From: an uncultured bacterium
Lineage (GTDB): Bacteria; JAJVIF01; JAPKYR01
DNA: 25,124 bases
Assembly: GCA_965369865.1 (NCBI GenBank)
Contig: CBDURU010000044.1
Span: 1-25,124, forward strand
Direction of reading: 5' to 3'
Part shown: positions 1 to 6,449 of the stretch, one piece after another
Layout of the letters: every line of letters begins with the position of its first letter
Position numbering within the stretch: position 1 is the stretch's first letter
Position numbers and translations under genes: made by a program
Notes under the pieces: model-generated
Seen by the model: only the letters and a program-made list of their open reading frames with translations
The model's database searches: none
What the model was told of the DNA's origin: nothing

Positions 1-54
1 GTACTGCAGGCCGGCGTCCTGCGCTACGGGATTTAGTACTTTTTCAACAGCCCC
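1..54. mobile_element. Right end of a MITE-like element, truncated by the window edge; same family as 2472-2612
   Basis: 2-50 is identical (49 bp) to 2560-2608 and includes the terminal repeat TACTTTTTCAACAG. Confidence 0.75.
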
Positions 55-86
55 GCATGGCAATGCGTCGAATGGATTGTTTTAAG

Positions 87-115
87 GTAGAAGACGCACT
101 GCCGTGCAGTTCTAC
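87..115. repeat. GTAG...CTAC REP-like imperfect palindrome
   Basis: GTAGAAGACGCACTGCCGTGCAGTTCTAC: GTAGAA/TTCTAC ends with an inner GCAC/GTGC stem. Confidence 0.6.
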
Positions 116-213
116 GGGTTTTTTTTCATTTTTCATATTAATCAAAACTATCTGGAAACCTGTAAATCAATCCGTAGTGGCCAAAAATGGTTAATACCTG
201 TATATATATTATA

Positions 214-291
214 AGCTCAGCGGGAGCTTCGCCCTCCCAATTTGTCTTCCCAATTTGTCCTCCCAATTCGTCCTCCCAATTTGCGCTCCCA
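214..291. repeat. REP-like GCTCAGCGGGAGCTTCGCCCTCCC motif followed by about 4.5 tandem 13-mers (CTCCCAATTTGTC)
   Basis: Units at 234-246, 247-259, 260-272 and 273-285, partial unit at 286-291; GGGAG/CTCCC hairpin at 222-238. Confidence 0.75.
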
Positions 292-296
292 TCAGG

Positions 297-326
297 TAAA
301 AAAAATCCCCCTGTTTGAGGGGGATT
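297..326 (-). terminator. Intrinsic terminator of the rpsB-tsf transcript
   Basis: 9-bp stem AATCCCCCT/AGGGGGATT (304-312/318-326), followed on the minus strand by a T-run. Confidence 0.7.
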
Positions 327-404
327 GACCATTTCTGTTAAATATTTAAACCTTTAAGACCAATCCTGTTAAATAAAAATTGAATGGACATATTTAGAAT
401 TTAG

Positions 405-444
405 GGGGACACCTGCTTTTCGACGGGCGAAAAGAGATGTCCCC
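405..444. repeat. 40-bp GGGGACA...TGTCCCC palindromic dispersed repeat, copy 1
   Basis: GGGGACACCTGCTTTTCGACGGGCGAAAAGAGATGTCCCC; near-identical copies at 9946-9985 and 10079-10118. Confidence 0.85.
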
Positions 445-480
445 GATCTCGAATCAATATTTAATTAATAGGATTGGTAT

Positions 481-552
481 AAATCCGTAAATCCTTAAAT
501 TTTTAAATCCTTAAATCTTCAAATCTTTAAATCTTTAAAACTTTAAATCTCT
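481..552. repeat. Nine tandem degenerate 8-mers (consensus AAATCYTT)
   Basis: aaatccgt aaatcctt aaattttt aaatcctt aaatcttc aaatcttt aaatcttt aaaacttt aaatctct, abutting the tsf stop codon. Confidence 0.85.
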
Positions 553-1429
553 ACTTCAATGCGAATCTAGCGAATCTTTTTACAGTCGCGCCGGGGACGC
601 CGGACTGCTTGATTACGTCCTTGACCGACATCTTGTTTTCCTTCGCGTAAACCTGCTCGATAAGGCATTCCTCAGAATAAAACTTTCTGATCATGCCCTC
701 GGCGATTTTCGGAATGATATGTTCCGGCTTGCCCTGCTCCTTTGCTTTACCCTCGGCGATCTCACGTTCTTTCGCGAGTACGTCTTCGGGAATATCATCC
801 GGAGAAATGTAGGCAGGGTCGGCGAACGCGATCTGCAGGACGAGTTCATGCGCAAGCTCATTGGCTTTCTCAATATCCCCGCCTTCATCCATACCCAATT
901 CAATAAGAACACCGAGTTTTCCGGGGGGGTGAATGTAAGAATGAACGACACCGGGTCCTTTAGTGGTGAAACGGGCAGCCTGCCTCAGACCCATGTTCTC
1001 GCCGATGCGTCCGATCACCTCGTCGATGAGGGTTTTTACTGTTTTACCACCATCGGAATGAAGGGCGACCTCATAAAGTTCGGTCCCTTCGGTAATTTCA
1101 TCGGGACCCGCGGCGAAGACATGCTCCACAAGGTCGACGGACAACTGTATGAATTCCTCGTTCTTGGCGGCGAAATCGGTTTCGGTATTTACAGCGACAA
1201 TCGCGCCGGAGGTTTTATCGCCGCTGATTTTTGTAGCGACGAGACCCTCCGATGCCTCGCGATGGGCTTTTTTAGCCGCCACCTGGAGACCCTTCTTCCG
1301 GATAATTTCTTCGGCTAAAGTGAGATCGCCATTTGCCTCAGCCAGAGCTTTCTGGCAGTTGACGAAACCGGCGAGGGTCTTTGTTCGAAGTTCTTTTATT
1401 TCCTTAGCAGAGGGCTTATATTCTGCCAT
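551..1429 (-). CDS. tsf: Translation elongation factor Ts
   Basis: IKELRTKTLAGFVNCQKAL, REASEG, NTETDF, IGENM, EIAEGKAKEQGKPEHIIPKIAEG motifs; follows rpsB; start set at ATG 1429 with GGAGG at 1441-1445. Confidence 0.97.
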   Translation of the reverse strand: MAEYKPSAKEIKELRTKTLAGFVNCQKALAEANGDLTLAEEIIRKKGLQVAAKKAHREASEGLVATKISGDKTSGAIVAVNTETDFAAKNEEFIQLSVDLVEHVFAAGPDEITEGTELYEVALHSDGGKTVKTLIDEVIGRIGENMGLRQAARFTTKGPGVVHSYIHPPGKLGVLIELGMDEGGDIEKANELAHELVLQIAFADPAYISPDDIPEDVLAKEREIAEGKAKEQGKPEHIIPKIAEGMIRKFYSEECLIEQVYAKENKMSVKDVIKQSGVPGATVKRFARFALK

Positions 1430-1459
1430 TTGATTAATTTCCTCCAATTTTTTTACTGA

Positions 1460-2332
1460 CTAATTTTCTGGTACAGTCTCAGGATCCTCGGTAACTTCCC
1501 GAGGGGTTTCGGTCGCGACCGCGGTTTCCTGGACCGGGGCGGGAGCTGGCGCTTCCAGGACTGGTTCCGGTTCCGGGGGAGCTTCCTCCGGTGGTGGCGC
1601 GACAATTTCGTCGGTTACTTCAGGGAATTCTTCGCCCGGCGCGAAATCACGTCCCTCTCGCCCCTCGATAATCGCGTTCGCCATCGTTTCGCAGAACAGG
1701 TTGATAGCTTTGACAGCATCGTCGTTACCCGGGATGGGGATATCAGCATCATCGGGATCGCAATTGGTGTCGAGAATCGCGGCGACAGGAATACCGAGTT
1801 TCCTGGCTTCCTTGACAGCGTTATGTTCCTTTTTGAGGTCGATGATAAAGATGCAATCGGGAATCTGTGTTATCGCCTTGATACCGCCGAAGAATTTCTG
1901 GAGTTTTTCCTGCTTCTTTTGAAGTTTCAGGATTTCCTTCTTGGTGAGGCCGCGAAAATCATTTCTCTTGAATTTGTCCTCAAGTTCGAGGAGATAATCG
2001 GTACGTTTCTTAATTGTCTTGTAATTGGTCAGGGTACCGCCAAGCCATCGCTGGATCACGTATGGCGATCCGCACCGTTGTGCCTGGGTCTTGACAGCTT
2101 CCTGGGCCTGGCGTTTTGTGCCGACAAACAGGACGATACCGCCCGAGGCTGTCAGGTCGCGTATGTAATTGTAGGCAACTTCCAGGAGTTTGAGAGTTTG
2201 TTGAAGATCGAGAACATAAATCCCATTACGCTCGGTGTAGATATACCTCGCCATTTTGGGATTCCAGCGCTTGGTCTGATGGCCGAAATGGATTCCAGCC
2301 TCAAGCAGTTGTTTCATTGTAATCTGATACAA
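1460..2332 (-). CDS. rpsB: 30S ribosomal protein S2 with acidic Pro/Ala/Glu-rich C-terminal tail
   Basis: [55 protein letters not shown] start at 2332 lies 8 nt after AAGGAGGT. Confidence 0.98.
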   Translation of the reverse strand: MYQITMKQLLEAGIHFGHQTKRWNPKMARYIYTERNGIYVLDLQQTLKLLEVAYNYIRDLTASGGIVLFVGTKRQAQEAVKTQAQRCGSPYVIQRWLGGTLTNYKTIKKRTDYLLELEDKFKRNDFRGLTKKEILKLQKKQEKLQKFFGGIKAITQIPDCIFIIDLKKEHNAVKEARKLGIPVAAILDTNCDPDDADIPIPGNDDAVKAINLFCETMANAIIEGREGRDFAPGEEFPEVTDEIVAPPPEEAPPEPEPVLEAPAPAPVQETAVATETPREVTEDPETVPEN

Positions 2333-2403
2333 CTGGATGGACCTCCTTGGTCGCACGAGTAGTCATCAAGGCGCACAAAAATCGCGCCAAGACGCGAAGA
2401 GGA

Positions 2404-2433
2404 ATTGTAACAGACATTTTTATCATTTGTCAA
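2404..2433 (-). promoter_or_regulatory. Sigma70-type promoter of rpsB-tsf
   Basis: Minus strand TTGACA (2433-2428) - 18 nt - TACAAT (2409-2404), with an extended -10 TGn. Confidence 0.75.
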
Positions 2434-2471
2434 TGCAATAACATTATGTAAACAGGACCAAAGATCTTTAA

Positions 2472-2612
2472 GAGGCTGTTGAAAAAGTAGTTAGACTGAA
2501 AAATCATAAGCGATCACTGCTTTTCGATCCTGTTTCTCATGCGGACGGGCCGTCCGCGATACTGCAGGCCGGCGTCCTGCGCTACGGGATTTAGTACTTT
2601 TTCAACAGTCCC
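2472..2612. mobile_element. About 141-bp non-autonomous MITE-like element carrying two REP-like hairpins
   Basis: Terminal inverted repeats GAGGCTGTTGAAAAAGTA (2472-2489) and TACTTTTTCAACAGTCCC (2595-2612) share a 14-bp perfect core; no ORF; second copy at 1-54. Confidence 0.7.
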
Positions 2613-2627
2613 TTTTTACGGACGGCT

Positions 2628-3212
2628 TCAATTATAATACCAGCCATAATAAGCATTCTCGTAACCTTCTATCAGCTCAGCCGGGATGATCTCGATCCTG
2701 ATTGTTGCTGGCTCTTCCAGAAGGATTGAAACCATCGGATAATTATCAAGTGCAGCGTCCTCCGCAAGAAGTTCACCCTCATCGCCGTAAATTGCAAGGT
2801 CAAGGTCCAGGACACCTGTCCCGCCGAATGCCTGGAACATCCAGACCCCCTCACCGGCTTCCATTTCAAAGACAGCAGTGGAACCGCCTTCGAATTGCGA
2901 TATATGCCACTCGTCAATGTCCTTGTACTGCCCTTCCCGATCTCCCATCAGCCAGACGGTCATTTCCCTTGAGTCCTGTCCAAGGGTTTCCCATTCGACC
3001 ATAAATTCAATAACATCGGTGCCTGAGATGTCCAGGATTTCCCGATCATCGGGCTGTTCAAAGTTAATACGCTGAATAGGCAGGGGGGCATCCTGAGTGT
3101 CAGTTGGTGCAGAATCCTGAGTATCGGCGCTGTCATCGCCACCGGGACAGGCTGTCAATGTTAAAAGGAAAATAAAAGAGATAACAATAAGAAAAATTGC
3201 GGGAATTCGCAT
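2628..3212 (-). CDS. Putative lipoprotein with a C-terminal PPC-like beta domain; function unknown
   Basis: Signal peptide MRIPAIFLIVISFIFLLTLTA-C (lipobox LTAC); GGAGGAG RBS; D/T-rich linker; DLDLAIYGDEGELLAED resembles pre-peptidase C-terminal-like domains. Confidence 0.75.
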   Translation of the reverse strand: MRIPAIFLIVISFIFLLTLTACPGGDDSADTQDSAPTDTQDAPLPIQRINFEQPDDREILDISGTDVIEFMVEWETLGQDSREMTVWLMGDREGQYKDIDEWHISQFEGGSTAVFEMEAGEGVWMFQAFGGTGVLDLDLAIYGDEGELLAEDAALDNYPMVSILLEEPATIRIEIIPAELIEGYENAYYGWYYN

Positions 3213-3287
3213 ATATCTCCTCCGGACGATATGATTTTTGAAAAGTACGGGAATGATAGCCAATCAGAGAAATGAAAACAAGGAATT

Positions 3288-3335
3288 CCGTCGACAAGCA
3301 CCCTTCGGCAGGCTCAGGGCAGGCCAGTTCGACGG
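3288..3335. repeat. Nested palindromic repeats
   Basis: Outer CCGTCGA/TCGACGG stem encloses CCCTTCGGCAGGCTCAGGGCAGG, which resembles the widespread CTTCGACAGGCTCAGG REP-like motif. Confidence 0.55.
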
Positions 3336-3354
3336 CACGCGGTTTTAGGAATTC

Positions 3355-4533
3355 TTACAAATAAAATCTTTCGGCGGTACGGTATAAAATCTCAACGCCG
3401 AGCGGTAAGACATCCTCATCGACCTTGAATAACGGATGATGGTGCATGGCATCGGAGCCTTTCTTTGGATTTTTCATACCAAGAAATCCAAAACATCCCG
3501 GAACTTCCCTGAGGTATAATCCCATGTCCTCCCCGCCCATCATCGGTTTATCCTCGAATACATTTTTCCTGCCGAGTACTGTTTCCGATGCTTTCCAGAG
3601 GACCTCACACATTTTTTTATCATTGATCGTGGAAGCTATCATCTGCCTGAAATCAATTTCCGCGGACCCGCCAAGTGTCCTTGAGGTTCCATTTACAATT
3701 TGAATCAACCGTTTCTTTACGAGTTTGCGACCCTCATCGCTGAAAGTCCGGCAAGTTCCCTGGAGCTTAACTTCCGGCGGAGTGATATTGTATGAAACAG
3801 CACTGTTAACGCTGGTAACAGTGACAACACAGGTATCGATCGGGTCGAAATTACGGCTGACAACGCTCTGCAGTGCTGAGATCACCTGGGATGAGATATA
3901 GATCGGATCGACGATTACATGGGGATACGCGGCATGACCGCCTTTTCCCTTGACCGTAATGTCGAACTCGTCAACCGCGGCCATGCACGGTCCGAGCACA
4001 ATCCCCATTTTTCCGATAGGGATTCCTGCCCAGACATGGATTCCAAAAGCGGCGCCGACATCGGGATTATCAAGCACCCCGTCGTCGATCATCACCTGCG
4101 CCCCTACCCCGCCTTCCTCGGCAGGCTGGAAACATAACTTGACCGGACCGGCAACCGGTTTTCTTTTAAGGAGTTCCGCGGCGCCGATAAGCATCGCGAC
4201 ATGGGTGTCGTGCCCGCATGCATGCGCTTTGCCTTTAACTTTCGACTTGAACTCGAGATCGGTATGCTCATCCATCGGGAGCGCGTCCATGTCGGCCCTT
4301 AACATAAGGACCTTTTTTTTACTACTCGAGTCCCGACCGGGGACCATCGCGACCACTCCTGTGCGGGCAATTTTCCTACCCTTAATTCCGATTATTTTCA
4401 ATTCATCGAGAATCAGCTTCTGTGTTTTCTTTTCCTCAAATTGGAGTTCCGGGTACTGATGTATCTGTCGGCGAATCCTCAGAACTTTATTTTTAATTTC
4501 TTTTGTAACCAGTGGGGTTTTAATTTTCGGCAT
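3355..4533 (-). CDS. M20D family amidohydrolase (hippurate hydrolase / N-acyl-amino acid amidohydrolase-like)
   Basis: HQYPELQFEE, RADMDALP, HACGHD, FQPAEEG, GKGGHAAYPH, GGEDM, HHHP motifs; GGAGG RBS. Confidence 0.93.
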   Translation of the reverse strand: MPKIKTPLVTKEIKNKVLRIRRQIHQYPELQFEEKKTQKLILDELKIIGIKGRKIARTGVVAMVPGRDSSSKKKVLMLRADMDALPMDEHTDLEFKSKVKGKAHACGHDTHVAMLIGAAELLKRKPVAGPVKLCFQPAEEGGVGAQVMIDDGVLDNPDVGAAFGIHVWAGIPIGKMGIVLGPCMAAVDEFDITVKGKGGHAAYPHVIVDPIYISSQVISALQSVVSRNFDPIDTCVVTVTSVNSAVSYNITPPEVKLQGTCRTFSDEGRKLVKKRLIQIVNGTSRTLGGSAEIDFRQMIASTINDKKMCEVLWKASETVLGRKNVFEDKPMMGGEDMGLYLREVPGCFGFLGMKNPKKGSDAMHHHPLFKVDEDVLPLGVEILYRTAERFYL

Positions 4534-4937
4534 TGCACACCCTCCAAGAAAAAAACCGGGTTTAAGTTGGAAGCGCAGTTTACCGTGACTTGAGGTCTAA
4601 AACAACGTTGGCACTAATCGCAACAATGGTCATTTAGATTCAGGAAAAAGTTCAGATAAGGGGGAAAATGACTATATTTTGACATGTAACACGTAAAAAC
4701 AGCAAAAATATTGAAAATTGTCAATAAAAATCCAACAAGACTAAACATTCGTTTGTAGATATGGATCGGCCACTCCCTTATTATTATGGTTGTGCTGCCT
4801 GAGAGGAATTACGTGTCATTTTCAATCCCGCTGTTGCAACTAATTCTACCTTTTAGGCAATGAATTGACAAATTATGCTGGCAAACAAAGCATTTTTGTG
4901 CAATTCAAGTGATCGTGTTCTTATAAAGAAAAAACAT

Positions 4938-5891
4938 ATGAAAGAAAAAATGCTACCGGATAAGGACTTGCCAAATGGTGACAAAAATTCTTTGGCGCTA
5001 TCAAGTTCTTCATCGCACATTCCGGTACTGTTGAACGAAGTACTCGAAATTATGAATCCATCGCCGGGGAAAAACTTCATCGACCTTACCACGGGTCCCG
5101 GAAACATGAGCAAGGCCCTCCTTCTGGCCAATGCTCCCGATGGAAAAGTTCTTTCCCTTGATTGCGACCCCCGAACAGTAACCGAACAGAATTCAAACCT
5201 CGCTGAATTTGGCTCACGTTCAATTCGGAGGCATGCCAATTTTTCCGAATTACTCGAAGTCGCCCGCGCTGAAAATTTCATTGGGGTTGATGGGATCCTT
5301 GGCGACCTTGGGGTCTCAAGCATAATGCTCGATCATCCTGAGTACGGTATGAGTATAGGCCACGATGGCAGGCTGGACATGCGGTTCGATCCCGAGCTGG
5401 AGTTTTCCGCATACGAACTTGTCAATAATCTTCCTGAAGACGAGCTGACATCGATGCTTTGGGGTATGGACGAGAAAAGGTTTGGCGGGAGGATCGCACG
5501 ATCAATCATACGGGCACGAGCCAATCGGCCAATCGAGACAACCGGCCAGCTTGCTGAAATTGTCTCAAACGCAATTCCGAAACGGTTTCATCCGAAACGA
5601 ATCCATCCGGCCACGAAAACATTTCTTGCATTGAGGGCAAGGGTCAATTTGGAACGGGAATCGCTGGAGAAATGCCTGGATGATGCCGTGGAAATTCTAA
5701 AGGCAGAAGGTGTACTTCTGATCATCTGCTACAGCTCATTCGAGGACCGGATCGTTAAGGCAATGTACGCAAATAACCGGGACAGATGGCAACGCATGAC
5801 GAGTAAACCGGTAACACCGGGTAAGGACGAGATCGAGAGGAACCCGAGGTCAAGGTCGGCAAGGCTTCGAACGTACAGGAAGATCGCATGA
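4938..5891 (+). CDS. rsmH: 16S rRNA m4C1402 methyltransferase RsmH (MraW); start uncertain (4875/4938/4950)
   Basis: HIPVLLNEV, DLGVSS, LDMRFD, HPATKTFLALR, NPRSRSARLR; first gene of the dcw cluster. Confidence 0.93.
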   Translation: MKEKMLPDKDLPNGDKNSLALSSSSSHIPVLLNEVLEIMNPSPGKNFIDLTTGPGNMSKALLLANAPDGKVLSLDCDPRTVTEQNSNLAEFGSRSIRRHANFSELLEVARAENFIGVDGILGDLGVSSIMLDHPEYGMSIGHDGRLDMRFDPELEFSAYELVNNLPEDELTSMLWGMDEKRFGGRIARSIIRARANRPIETTGQLAEIVSNAIPKRFHPKRIHPATKTFLALRARVNLERESLEKCLDDAVEILKAEGVLLIICYSSFEDRIVKAMYANNRDRWQRMTSKPVTPGKDEIERNPRSRSARLRTYRKIA

Positions 5892-5991
5892 ATAGTTAGA
5901 AAATAATTCACAACATATAACAATAAACATGCAGTATTAATTCAGACTTGTCCTTCAATACCGGGACAAGGGGAAAAGGGATAAGAAATAA

Positions 5992-6441
5992 ATGTCTGCA
6001 GCTCCTAAACTCAATCCTGAATTCTGGATGACATCCCATGTCGGAGAACTCTCAGTACCGGATATTGTGGAGATCCCGACATCGCCGGCAGGTGTGGTCG
6101 TACACACACCCCCGTCAGCGAAAGAGGTGTCCGCGCCCAGGATTTCCATCCTGCCACCACTCGCGCTGATTTTTAAATTCGAGCGCGCGATCTCGCTCGC
6201 GATCATCGTTTTCGCGTTGATGACGCTGGCGACATTCGCCAACCAGGGCCTGAGGGCGAAAATTAACGCGAGGGATCACAGGGTCGCGATCCAGGAAACC
6301 GACAATGAGATCGGAATTCTGCGTAGCGACCTTCAGCAGGCCAGGATGAACCTTGAAAGGTCGGATGCTCCTGAAGGTTACAGAACATTGTCAATCGAAC
6401 CAGGCGACGTAACAACAATCGTATTGCCCCCGGTCCGGTAA
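5992..6441 (+). CDS. ftsL: Probable FtsL-like cell division protein (bitopic, coiled coil)
   Basis: Lies between rsmH and ftsI; single TM segment (AISLAIIVFALMTLATFA) followed by heptad-like IQETDNEIGILRSDLQQARMNL; assignment rests on position and topology. Confidence 0.6.
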   Translation: MSAAPKLNPEFWMTSHVGELSVPDIVEIPTSPAGVVVHTPPSAKEVSAPRISILPPLALIFKFERAISLAIIVFALMTLATFANQGLRAKINARDHRVAIQETDNEIGILRSDLQQARMNLERSDAPEGYRTLSIEPGDVTTIVLPPVR

Positions 6442-6449
6442 TTCATAAA

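Noticed and set aside
138..332. 64-aa ORF (…NWEDELGGQIGKTNWEGEAPAEL…)
   Set aside because: It is a translation of the terminator, the 13-mer array and a REP-like hairpin; no RBS or protein-family signal
719..2362. Long plus-strand ORFs (719-1318, 1823-2362) and other antisense ORFs across the dcw genes (e.g. 20007-20867, 16747-17367, 14376-14948)
   Set aside because: Shadow frames of highly conserved genes, with no recognisable motifs
1..2612. Composite transposon mobilising rpsB-tsf between two MITE copies
   Set aside because: No transposase, no visible target-site duplication, and the cargo is essential core genes; independent insertions are simpler
4534..4937. mraZ pseudogene or small hydrophobic ORF (MFSLVGFLLTIFNIFAVF… on the minus strand)
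   Set aside because: No MraZ motifs; the hydrophobic composition is expected from T-rich DNA and there is no well-spaced RBS. TTGACA hexamers occur but without a convincing -10 box
5947..5970. Hairpin CTTGTCC/GGACAAG upstream of ftsL as a terminator
   Set aside because: No U-tract on the plus strand; the stem is short and its function cannot be supported
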